A stretch of DNA of 64,000 nt from NCBI GenBank assembly GCA_035529075.1, contig DATKXK010000011.1:64295-128294 (forward strand). Direction: 5' to 3'. Under the pieces are notes generated by a model. The model was not told the origin of the DNA and searched no databases. It worked only from the letters and a program-made list of their open reading frames with translations. Source of the stretch: Acidobacteriota bacterium (lineage in GTDB: Bacteria > Zixibacteria > MSB-5A5 > GN15 > FEB-12). Positions 16,920 to 25,407 of the stretch are shown here, piece by piece (positions within the stretch are counted from its first letter, which is position 1; every line of letters begins with the position of its first letter). Made by a program: the position numbers and the translations under genes.

Positions 16920-17651
16920 ATGGACAGCCCGTACGAGAACTATAACGCGGTTATCCCGCGTTTAGAGGCTAGCTTCTGGCTCACCGTTGGAGCCATCGGG
17001 GCTGCTCACGAAGCAAGAGCGGAGGAGGCCGCGGAGTTGGAACGCAAACTTGATCCGGCTGCGGAGTTGCAGCGCAAACTAGATCCGGCTGTTGAGGAAG
17101 AGGATTTGAGACAGCGGGTTGCGCTACTGTCGAGAACACTCCTTGTATACGGCGTGGTAATCCTGGAAGCAATGGTGAAGGACTATGCACGTTATCTTGT
17201 ATTCAACAAGCGCCAGCCCGCCACCTGTCGAAAAATGCAGGACAGCATGCTTCCGGTGGAACCCACTTTTTCCGACAAAATGAAGGATGCGTCCGCTCTC
17301 AAGCATCAGCAATGGCAGAAGAAACTAATAGGGTGGATAAAGCAGGTTGGCCAACAAGTTGGCGGTGATCAGGGACGGGACTCGCGCTTTCTCGCTGTCA
17401 GGGAGGCCATTATCAAGCGATGCATGGACTTTAGTCACTGGACTATCGTGTACAAATGCTGCATTATCCGGAACCTTGAGGTCCATAATAATGGGCTTAT
17501 GAACGAAAGGAATCACAAGTGCGCGCCTATTTGTGATATAGGTCAAAAGCCCAGTTGGGACTGGGAACTGGTCAGAGACCTGTTCACGGCGCTGGATCTC
17601 TTGAACGTTCATCTCAGTGAGACAGACGTTATACAAACGGGCAGTATATGA
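16920..17651 (+). CDS. Hypothetical protein with an Rx4H (HEPN-like) motif and a tandem 10-aa repeat
   Basis: AGGTGG RBS before the ATG at 16920. Motif IIRNLEVHNNG. The stop overlaps the SDR start (ATGA). Visibly lower GC: lines hand-counted at about 47-55%. Confidence 0.6.
   Translation: MDSPYENYNAVIPRLEASFWLTVGAIGAAHEARAEEAAELERKLDPAAELQRKLDPAVEEEDLRQRVALLSRTLLVYGVVILEAMVKDYARYLVFNKRQPATCRKMQDSMLPVEPTFSDKMKDASALKHQQWQKKLIGWIKQVGQQVGGDQGRDSRFLAVREAIIKRCMDFSHWTIVYKCCIIRNLEVHNNGLMNERNHKCAPICDIGQKPSWDWELVRDLFTALDLLNVHLSETDVIQTGSI
17031..17090. repeat. 2 x 30-bp in-frame tandem repeat inside the 16920 gene
   Basis: gcggagttggaacgcaaacttgatccggct / gcggagttgcagcgcaaactagatccggct (27/30), encoding AELERKLDPA / AELQRKLDPA. 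Confidence 0.9.
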
Positions 17652-18379
17652 GATCACTCAAAGACAAGGTTGTCGTCATCACCGGGGCCTCGCGCGGTAT
17701 CGGTGCCGCCATCGCACGGGTCATGGCCGGCCAGGAGGCCCAGCTGGTTCTGTGCGGGCGGAACAAGAAGAACCTCCAGAACGTGGCCTCATCGCTCAAC
17801 CTCTCGCGCGGCAACTTCGTGACCGTCACCGCCGACGTCTCCAAAGCATCGGGCATGGCCCGGATAGTCAGGACGGCGTATGACAAGTTCGGCCGGGTGG
17901 ACGTTTTCGTCAACAACGCCGGGGTGGGTATCGGCAAGCTGTTCATCAGGACCACGGAGAAAGAGTTCGATACCGTTATCAATACCAACCTGAAGTCGGT
18001 CTTTTACTGTTTCAAGGAGCTTCTGCCGCGCCTTCAGAAACAGGGCGGGGGCCAGATCATCAACGTTTCCAGCATGGCGGCCAAGCAGGGGACGCCCGGC
18101 CTGTCGGTCTACTCCGCTTCCAAGGCGGCGGTGAACGTGCTCAGCGAGGCGGTGGCCGGCGAGGTACGCAACGAGAACATCAAGATTTGCGTCCTGGCGC
18201 CGGCCTCGGTCGAAACCGGGTTCATGTCCAATTTGGCCCCGCGTGCCCGGGCTTCCAGCAAGGCGGCTCGCAAGCTCGCGGTGGAGGAAGTAGCCGACGC
18301 GGTTCTGTTTCTTGCCCGGCAGAACGAAAACGCGTGGGTATCGCTGGCCGAGATCCGGCCACTGTTCGTCAGAAAGTAA
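17648..18379 (+). CDS. Short-chain dehydrogenase/reductase (classical SDR)
   Basis: TGASRGIG cofactor motif, NNAG, YSASKAAV catalytic motif. Confidence 0.9.
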   Translation: MRSLKDKVVVITGASRGIGAAIARVMAGQEAQLVLCGRNKKNLQNVASSLNLSRGNFVTVTADVSKASGMARIVRTAYDKFGRVDVFVNNAGVGIGKLFIRTTEKEFDTVINTNLKSVFYCFKELLPRLQKQGGGQIINVSSMAAKQGTPGLSVYSASKAAVNVLSEAVAGEVRNENIKICVLAPASVETGFMSNLAPRARASSKAARKLAVEEVADAVLFLARQNENAWVSLAEIRPLFVRK

Positions 18380-18766
18380 ACACGCGGCCCGGCGGATTCG
18401 TCCCTGAAACAGAACCCGCCCCGGGCGCGCACCACAGGACGGGTTTCCCCCCTCACGCAGGGGAACAGCACACCAATTCCCCTACGTTGTCACCCACACG
18501 CAATACGCTTCCAGGCTGGCAAAGAGAGCCCTCATACAGAGTATGTAGCGGATGGATATGGTTGCTCTCTCTTCGCCTGTTACGCCTTGTCGCAGGCACG
18601 CAGCAAGGCGTTTACTACGGTGAATAGTATCGATAACATGGGTGGGGGTTCTGTATCAACTACTACAAAGTAAATATATCCGTCCCCTTGCTCGCTGTCA
18701 AGGCAAAACTTCGGCTTTCCACATAAACACTCCAAAAACGTTCCGCTGCGCTGCGTATGATCCGTG

Positions 18767-18795
18767 TTGACAGCACACGCCCGGTCCGGTATACT
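18767..18795 (+). promoter_or_regulatory. Near-consensus sigma-70 promoter of the icd-like gene
   Basis: TTGACA (18767-18772), 17-nt spacer, TATACT (18790-18795); 46 nt upstream of the ATG at 18841. Confidence 0.6.
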
Positions 18796-18840
18796 AAGAG
18801 GAATCACACGGCTTAACCTTATCCTTACAACGAGCATTGC

Positions 18841-19854
18841 ATGGCCAGACATACAGTGACCCTTATACCCGGGGACGGCATTGGTCCGGAAGTCACGCAA
18901 GCCGCCGTCAGGGTGATCGAAGCTGCCGGTGTGGATATCGAGTGGGACGTGCAGGATGCGGGGCTGGCGGCAATTCAGAAGTATGGCGTGTCGGTGCCGG
19001 ATTCGCTGCTTGATTCCATTCGCGAAAACAAGGTGGCGCTCAAGGGTCCACTGACAACTCTTGTCGGTAAAGGGTTCAAATCCGCCAACGTCACTCTTCG
19101 GCAGACCCTTGATCTTTACGTCAACTTGCGCCCGGTCAAGACGATAGGGGGAGTTCCAAGCCGCTTTGAGAAGGTTGATCTGGTTATTGTTCGTGAGAAT
19201 ACCGAGGATTTGTATTCAGGCATTGAAAGCGTTGTGCAACCGGGAGTGACGCAGGCGATCAAGATTATCACCGAGAGGGCATCCGAACGCATTGCCCGCT
19301 GGGCGTTTGAGTACGCCCGCCGGCACGGCCGCCGCAAGATCACTCTGGTGCACAAAGCCAACATCATGAAGATATCGGACGGGCTGTTCCTTCGCACCTT
19401 TCAGAGGATCGCAGTCGAATATCCGGATATAACCGCCGAGGACAAGATCGTCGATGCTCTGGCCATGCACCTCGTGATGGACCCGGGCAGGTTCGACGTG
19501 CTGTTGCTCGGCAACCTTTTCGGCGATATCGTATCTGACCTTGCGGCCGGTCTTGTCGGCGGACTGGGCGTCGTGCCCGGCGCCAATATAGGCGAAAAGT
19601 ACGCCGTTTTCGAGGCCGTGCACGGCACCGCTCCCGATATCGCGGGGAAAAACCTGGCCAACCCCACGGCCGTCCTGTTCTCGGCTCTGCTCCTGTTACG
19701 TCACCTGGGCGAGGACGAGGCGGCGGACCGTATCTGGAAGGCCGTGGTGCTCACGCTCGCCATGGGGCACTGCATGACCGGAGACCTGGGCGGCACTTGC
19801 TCCACCACGGAGTTTACGGAGGCAATCGTTAATGAAATCAGGGGTCGAGGGTAA
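18841..19854 (+). CDS. Isocitrate/isopropylmalate dehydrogenase family protein (NAD-IDH-like, 337 aa)
   Basis: IPGDGIGPEV, LKGPLTT, NLRP, ENTEDLYSG, GNLFGDI.SD, HGTAPDIAG. Confidence 0.85.
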   Translation: MARHTVTLIPGDGIGPEVTQAAVRVIEAAGVDIEWDVQDAGLAAIQKYGVSVPDSLLDSIRENKVALKGPLTTLVGKGFKSANVTLRQTLDLYVNLRPVKTIGGVPSRFEKVDLVIVRENTEDLYSGIESVVQPGVTQAIKIITERASERIARWAFEYARRHGRRKITLVHKANIMKISDGLFLRTFQRIAVEYPDITAEDKIVDALAMHLVMDPGRFDVLLLGNLFGDIVSDLAAGLVGGLGVVPGANIGEKYAVFEAVHGTAPDIAGKNLANPTAVLFSALLLLRHLGEDEAADRIWKAVVLTLAMGHCMTGDLGGTCSTTEFTEAIVNEIRGRG

Positions 19855-19905
19855 ACCGCCCCGTGGCGGCAAGAAACGGACTCGGGAAATCAGAGGAGAC
19901 TTGCC

Positions 19906-20442
19906 ATGAGTCGCGCCATACTGTACGTCGTTCTCGTATCACTGGCTGCGTGTGTCGTCACCGCCCAGCAGCCATTCAGGGTGGGTGATCCCGTGCCTGA
20001 CTTCCGGCTGCCTTACGCCACCGCGGATACAATCAATTTTGACGGTATCGGGTCGAAGGATCTGGCCGAAACGCGCTATATGCTTGCCTTCTACCCGGCC
20101 GACTGGTCCCCCGCCTGCACGAAAGAAATCTGCGGCTTCCGCGACGCCGTCAAGGAATTCGCAGAACTGGCCGTTGAGGTTCTGCCCGTTTCCGCCGACC
20201 TTGTTTTCTCGCATCACGAGTGGGCCAAACAACACAAGCTGCCGTTTAAACTCCTGTCCGATTACACCGGGAAGTTCGGCCGAAGACTGGGCGTGTACCG
20301 GCCCGAGCAGGGAATGTTCCGGCGTTCGGTGTTTGTTGTTGGACCCGACGGCCGGTTTGAGTATATCGACTTTGACTACTCGATCACGGGCGACGCTGAC
20401 TTCATTGCCCTGAAGGAGGCGCTGGCCCGATTGAAAAAGTAG
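19906..20442 (+). CDS. Exported peroxiredoxin (AhpC/TSA-Bcp family)
   Basis: Signal peptide, then FYPADWSPACTKEICGF redox motif. Confidence 0.85.
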   Translation: MSRAILYVVLVSLAACVVTAQQPFRVGDPVPDFRLPYATADTINFDGIGSKDLAETRYMLAFYPADWSPACTKEICGFRDAVKEFAELAVEVLPVSADLVFSHHEWAKQHKLPFKLLSDYTGKFGRRLGVYRPEQGMFRRSVFVVGPDGRFEYIDFDYSITGDADFIALKEALARLKK

Positions 20443-20545
20443 GACCGCCCTGGTACGCTGGTTGTAAATTGCGTTGCGCGGCCGCTTGCCGTCGCCGCAA
20501 TTCTTTCTATATTAGGTAAACAGGACAGGACTTTTAGGAGGAAGT

Positions 20546-20857
20546 ATGGCCACTGAGGGACTGCTTTGCTGGAGTTGTGGCCGCCCCACCGGTATCACCG
20601 GCAAAGTTTTCCGCAAGGATGAATGCCCCGACTGTATGGCCGCCCTGCGCTGCTGTCGCGGCTGTCGCCACTTTGACCCCATGCGGCGCGCCCAGTGCCG
20701 TGAGCCGGTTGAAACGACCGTCCGTGACAAGGAGAAGCCCAACTTCTGCGACTACTACCAGCAGCGGACGGTGGTCAAAACCCCCGGGGGGATTTCCACC
20801 ATCACGGACACCAAGGATTCGCGCAAGAAGAGCTTCGACGATCTATTCGATGATTGA
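20546..20857 (+). CDS. Small Cys-rich (zinc-ribbon-like) protein, unknown function
   Basis: TAGGAGGAAG RBS; CWSCG, CPDC, CCRGCRHF, C..FCDYY cysteine pairs. Confidence 0.6.
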   Translation: MATEGLLCWSCGRPTGITGKVFRKDECPDCMAALRCCRGCRHFDPMRRAQCREPVETTVRDKEKPNFCDYYQQRTVVKTPGGISTITDTKDSRKKSFDDLFDD

Positions 20858-20948
20858 GCTGATCCGATCGTCCGAAGTTATCCCGGAGTGGAGTTATTCC
20901 CGATCCACGTGCGGGGCGGTGGGTTCGGCGGGCAGTTGCCACGCCTGC

Positions 20949-21881
20949 TTATTGGAGACTCTCGCTCCATTGCCGCATGTTCGCCTGATCGTGTTCGGCG
21001 CGATACCCTACCGCACCGATAAGCCTGAGGCTCTTCAGTCCCGCCGCCACCGGGCCGTACTTGGGGTGCTCGAATACAGAACCGTAACCCTCATCGAACT
21101 CAAACCCCACAGCCGGTTCTGACGGCCAGCCTGACCGAGCCACAGACTCCATCAGCGACAGATACTTTGTGCCGCCGCGATCAGACGCCAGAAAGAGCAG
21201 CAGCGTGTCGCCGTCCCGCACATAGCTCGATGTGAACACCTCGTCCAGGCCGGCGATCTCAAGGAAACTCGCGGGATAGTATTTATCCGAGGGAATGATC
21301 CGGTCTGCCTCGGGGAACAGGGCAAACGCCTCCGGCACCCAACCGGAATCGCCGATCAGTGTCGAAATCGTGACCGCCAGCAGACGCATGGCGTCGGCGG
21401 CCGCTTCGCGTTCATCTTCGGCCGTCAGCGAAACAACGCATTCTCTCTGCGTGAAGTGCATGGCGTTGCCCCGGACGTATCCTTCGGCGCCGAGCCGGAA
21501 GGTGGTGATGCCGTCCGGCCTTGACGCGGCATAAAGCCCGTACGCATCGTTGCTGGTTGCGAACTGCGCGATCTGAGCCGATATCTCGATGTCGCTCACC
21601 ACATAATTTCTGGTGGAACGACCGACCAGGCCGAAGGCGAGGTACCGGGCTGCCGGTTCGCCGGGCATCTCGTGCGCCTCGGCCCGGAGAACCGTGACTG
21701 CCGAATCGGTCGGCCGAATCACCGAACTGCTGTCGGGAAGGAATCGTGCGGCCACAAAGGGAACATCGGAAGCGTCGGCCACGGATGGTTCCCGCGTGCT
21801 GTCAGCATCTTTCCTGCCGCACGAGGCGGCACACAACGTCGCTGCGAGCACGGCTGTCATGATGCAGAGCTTGCGGAACAC
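20949..21881 (-). CDS. Lipoprotein, unknown function (last gene of the exosortase operon)
   Basis: Lipobox LCAASC after a hydrophobic signal; starts 6 nt after the UbiA gene stop. Confidence 0.65.
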   Translation of the reverse strand: MFRKLCIMTAVLAATLCAASCGRKDADSTREPSVADASDVPFVAARFLPDSSSVIRPTDSAVTVLRAEAHEMPGEPAARYLAFGLVGRSTRNYVVSDIEISAQIAQFATSNDAYGLYAASRPDGITTFRLGAEGYVRGNAMHFTQRECVVSLTAEDEREAAADAMRLLAVTISTLIGDSGWVPEAFALFPEADRIIPSDKYYPASFLEIAGLDEVFTSSYVRDGDTLLLFLASDRGGTKYLSLMESVARSGWPSEPAVGFEFDEGYGSVFEHPKYGPVAAGLKSLRLIGAVGYRAEHDQANMRQWSESLQ

Positions 21882-21887
21882 GGCGGC

Positions 21888-22769
21888 CTACAGGTAATAC
21901 AGTATAAGGATTGCGGTCAACAGCCAGAGGATTACGGTCACCAGTATCGGCCTGTCACTTATCAGGACCTGCGTCGGCGAGCCGCCCCTCTCTTCTTTGT
22001 GGATCAGGTACAGGTAGCGAAAAACCCCGTAGACCACGAACGGGATCGTCAGGTACAGGTTCTCCGTGCCCAGTTTTGTCGACACTTCAGTCGAAAACGA
22101 GTAGAGCATGTACATGACGACAACGGAAGCGGTGGTCACGCCGATGCATTGATCCAGGAGGTAGGGTGAGTATCGGCTGAGAATCCTGCGGTGCGCCACG
22201 GCACCGTCTTCGAGCAGAAGGAGTTCGTGGCGGCGCTTGCCGAAGGCCAGAAAGAGCGCCAGGAGCAGCGTGTTGATCAGGAGCCACTTGGATGCCGGCA
22301 CGTCGACGGCCACCGCTCCGGCGTAGGCGCGCACCACGAAGCCCAACGCCACGGCCATGACGTCAACGATAACGACGTTTTTCAGCGCCAGCGAATAAAG
22401 CAGGTTCAGGCCGAGGAACACCAGCGCGACGACAAAGAAGTGCCCCCCGAGGAACCACCACGCTCCGACGAGGCCGACAGCTACCAGCAGGACGATCATC
22501 ACCACCGCCTGAGGAGGGGCGACGGCGCCTGAAGCCAGCGGGCGCTCTTTTTTCAACGGATGCTGCCGGTCCTGTTGCCGGTCGATCAGGTCGTTGAAGG
22601 TGTAAACGGCGGACGACAGGAGGCAGAAGATCGCGGTGGCGATCAGGGCCAGTTCGGCCGACCTGGTGTGCCCGGCCTCTCCGGCAAAGACCAGTGCCGC
22701 CAGCACCACGCCGTTTTTCAACCACTGGGCGGGCCTGGCGAGCATGATCAGGTTTTTGAGCATATGCAA
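21888..22769 (-). CDS. UbiA-family prenyltransferase, decaprenyl-phosphate phosphoribosyltransferase-like
   Basis: ARPAQWLKN, NDLIDRQQDRQHPLKKERPLASG (NDxxD motif), about 8 TM segments. Confidence 0.85.
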   Translation of the reverse strand: MHMLKNLIMLARPAQWLKNGVVLAALVFAGEAGHTRSAELALIATAIFCLLSSAVYTFNDLIDRQQDRQHPLKKERPLASGAVAPPQAVVMIVLLVAVGLVGAWWFLGGHFFVVALVFLGLNLLYSLALKNVVIVDVMAVALGFVVRAYAGAVAVDVPASKWLLINTLLLALFLAFGKRRHELLLLEDGAVAHRRILSRYSPYLLDQCIGVTTASVVVMYMLYSFSTEVSTKLGTENLYLTIPFVVYGVFRYLYLIHKEERGGSPTQVLISDRPILVTVILWLLTAILILYYL

Positions 22770-22802
22770 AGATATCAGTCGGCCGGGGCCCGGCCAAGTT
22801 TT

Positions 22803-23447
22803 TTAACCGGCGAACGGCAGTGCTCGTTCGAGGTCGAGATAAAACGTCTGAAGGTACCTGACGGCGCGGTCCGCCGTGTTGTCTATGGTTTCGTCGCTGC
22901 CTATAGGCAGATTCACGCGAACAAAGGCTACGTCCGTCGGACGCAGGAGCAGCGAGTTGACCATCAGGTTCCACTTGAGCGCAAACTCACTCCGGATCGT
23001 GCCGCTGCGCGTTTCAAACCAGTATAGCATGAGTTGTTTCTGCTCGCGGTCGCGTATTATCAGGCGGTTGACCGTCTTGTGGCCCCCGTCCGGGAGGGGC
23101 AGCCGGTACGGTTCCAGCCGTTCGATCTTCCAGCCGCTGCCCGGCAGGCAGTGTCTGGGTGAATGAATCTGGCTGCCGTATTTCTGCGATTGGAAATACC
23201 CGACGAACATCCAGTAGGCGTCACCCTCCGGTGAAACGTACAGCCGCAGGGTGGTGGTGTCGGCCTGCAGGATATCGTACGAGTAGTCGGCGAAACGGCG
23301 TTCCTGGCCCGTGTAGCCGTCGCGGGCGTACGGTATCTCGTCGAAGTGCGGCGATCCTCCCGGGGGCCTGTCGGCGTATCGCAGGTACCAGGCAAACGCC
23401 CCCCCCGCTATGATCAGGATCGAGGCGATCAGGACGTACCGTCTCAT
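22803..23447 (-). CDS. epsI: EpsI-family exosortase-associated protein
   Basis: N-terminal TM, HSPRHCLPGSGW motif. The ATG at 23447 overlaps the exosortase stop (ATGA). The track ORF extends spuriously to 24176. Confidence 0.85.
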   Translation of the reverse strand: MRRYVLIASILIIAGGAFAWYLRYADRPPGGSPHFDEIPYARDGYTGQERRFADYSYDILQADTTTLRLYVSPEGDAYWMFVGYFQSQKYGSQIHSPRHCLPGSGWKIERLEPYRLPLPDGGHKTVNRLIIRDREQKQLMLYWFETRSGTIRSEFALKWNLMVNSLLLRPTDVAFVRVNLPIGSDETIDNTADRAVRYLQTFYLDLERALPFAG

Positions 23448-24286
23448 TTGAATACCCGCCTCACCACCGCTCCTGCGACAAACAGGCAGATGAATGAAAA
23501 CACAAACACGGACAACCCCAGCAGGGAGTGCAGCGGTTCGGCGGTCACCTCGATGGAAATCGCCGAGACAAGCAGAGCCGTGACGAAAACGCGGAAGACG
23601 TTGGCCGCGACCGCGATGGGCACCGTGCTGACAAAAACGATGGCCTTGGCGGCGAGGCGACGTTGCGTCAGGTAGGCATACAGGGCGCCCAGGGCCAGCA
23701 GGGAAACGAGCGACCGTATCCCGGAGCAGGCGTCGGCCACCTCCAGCGAATTGCCCGCCAGGTGAATTATGTTCCCCTGGCGCACGACTCCGAGGCCGAC
23801 GACCTTCAGCAGTACGACCGTGATTTTCGTGGCCAGGGTTTGCATAGGGAAGGCGACGGCGTAGTACAACACGTACGGGATCGGAACCATGAACAGCAGG
23901 AAGAAAAACGCGAACCAGCTTTTTCTGATCACCTCGCGTCCGTACAGGCAATAAACCAGGCCGAACAGGCTGAGGATGAACGAGACGCGCACCGTGAAGT
24001 ACTCGGCGGCCCCGGTGCCGACAAGCAGCAGCAGCAGGCCGGCTACAAGGAGAACCAGTCCGCCCGCGGCAGGACTCGTCCCGGTGCTGCCCAGCCGGTG
24101 GCGGTTCTTCCACAGGAGATAGCCGGAAACAACGGGCACCAGAAAGCCGTGGGAGTAATTGGCGTCCTGATACCACTCCGTCACGAGATCATACAGGACC
24201 GGAAGGTAGGCGGCCGCCAACAGGAGGAACGGGGCGGTCCGCAACCAGGGGGAGTAGCGGCTTTGTACCGCGGTAACTTCTGACAT
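23444..24286 (-). CDS. Exosortase (EpsH/Xrt family)
   Basis: DANYSHGFLVP N-terminal motif, catalytic-Cys motif ADACSGIRSL, polytopic, 280 aa. Confidence 0.88.
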   Translation of the reverse strand: MSEVTAVQSRYSPWLRTAPFLLLAAAYLPVLYDLVTEWYQDANYSHGFLVPVVSGYLLWKNRHRLGSTGTSPAAGGLVLLVAGLLLLLVGTGAAEYFTVRVSFILSLFGLVYCLYGREVIRKSWFAFFFLLFMVPIPYVLYYAVAFPMQTLATKITVVLLKVVGLGVVRQGNIIHLAGNSLEVADACSGIRSLVSLLALGALYAYLTQRRLAAKAIVFVSTVPIAVAANVFRVFVTALLVSAISIEVTAEPLHSLLGLSVFVFSFICLFVAGAVVRRVFK

Positions 24287-24461
24287 GGCAAGGTCCGGTT
24301 TAATATCCCTGCGTTTGCGAAAACTGCTCTAAGGGCCTAGTCGACACAAGGCCGGGCCGCTTTAGCCGACGGTCAGGCGGCGCGGGCACGACGCGATTCG
24401 CCGCAAAAAAAACGGTGGGCTTCAGGGCCCGTTTTGCCTACATTTCGGCGGCGGTTCTTTT

Positions 24462-25406
24462 ATGATCAAGAAACGACGTCAGAAAGGCAAACAGAATCAT
24501 TACGCCCTGTTGCTCAATCGCCGGGCGGGCGGCTTCGAGCGACGGGTGGTCGAGCGGCTGACGGCGGCGATTCGCCGGGCCGGCGCCCACTATACGGTTC
24601 TCGAACCGGAGTCGGCTACGGATCTGCTGGCCATGGCACAACAGGCCGCCGGCGTGAGACGACGCCATCGCTTTCTGTCGCAGAACATCAGTCGACGGGG
24701 GCCCATCACCGCCCTGGTCGCTTGCGGTGGTGACGGGACGTTCAATCTCGTGGCCCGGGCGGCCATGGATGCAGACCTGCCGGTGGGTGTGCTGCCGCTC
24801 GGCAGCCTGAACAATATCGCGCGTTCGCTGTGCGGATCGGTCGATCCCGGCCGGGCCATCCAGAGCATTCTCTCAGGTAACTACCGGAAGTTTGACGCGG
24901 GTCGCGCCGCGACCCAGCCCTTCTTCGGCTCCGTCGGCCTCGGTTTCACGGCCGAGCTGACCCGCCTGCTAAAGGAGAAGAAACTGCCCCGTTTCGGTAT
25001 CGGCTGGGCGCAGCTGGCCAATCGCGCCGCCGCCAGCGTCTCCGTGACACCCATTATCGTCAAGGTGGACAGCTTCCGCTTTGAGGTCAGCCCGCTCATG
25101 CTCAACGTCAACCTGCTGTCGTACTCGGCGGGCCTGCCGTTCTCACCGGCCTCGGTGCCGGATGACGGTCATGCGGAGGTAATCTTTGACAGGGGAGAAG
25201 CCGTCGGAGGGTTCGGCGCCTTCGCCCGCCTCATCCATAACGGAAAGTATCTGTACGGAGATGACGTCCGAATGTACCGCGCCACTACCATCACGTGCCA
25301 GCCATCCCGGGGACGGAAACTGTACCTCGACGGTGAACTGATCGACCTGCCGACCAACGTGCTGGAGGTTCAGGTGAAGCCTCAGCAGGTGAAGGTCTTT
25401 TGCTGA
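24462..25406 (+). CDS. Diacylglycerol/lipid kinase family protein (YegS/BmrU-like)
   Basis: ACGGDGTFN catalytic-domain motif, about 310 aa. Confidence 0.85.
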   Translation: MIKKRRQKGKQNHYALLLNRRAGGFERRVVERLTAAIRRAGAHYTVLEPESATDLLAMAQQAAGVRRRHRFLSQNISRRGPITALVACGGDGTFNLVARAAMDADLPVGVLPLGSLNNIARSLCGSVDPGRAIQSILSGNYRKFDAGRAATQPFFGSVGLGFTAELTRLLKEKKLPRFGIGWAQLANRAAASVSVTPIIVKVDSFRFEVSPLMLNVNLLSYSAGLPFSPASVPDDGHAEVIFDRGEAVGGFGAFARLIHNGKYLYGDDVRMYRATTITCQPSRGRKLYLDGELIDLPTNVLEVQVKPQQVKVFC

Positions 25407-25407
25407 A

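Noticed and set aside
17031-17090. Tandem repeat as a possible CRISPR or minisatellite
   Set aside because: There are only two 30-bp copies with no spacers. They are in-frame inside a CDS and encode a duplicated 10-aa helix segment.
11131-18379. Treating BMC-H plus tdh/kbl as a complete (aminoacetone-type) microcompartment locus
   Set aside because: There is no BMC-P pentamer, no second shell paralog, and no aldehyde dehydrogenase, phosphotransacylase or encapsulation peptides. A 350-nt gap separates the BMC gene from tdh.
22803-24176. 457-aa ORF in the track spanning EpsI and most of the exosortase gene
   Set aside because: Only the last 214 codons (from the ATG at 23447) look like EpsI. 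The upstream part overlaps the exosortase in another frame and is low-complexity.
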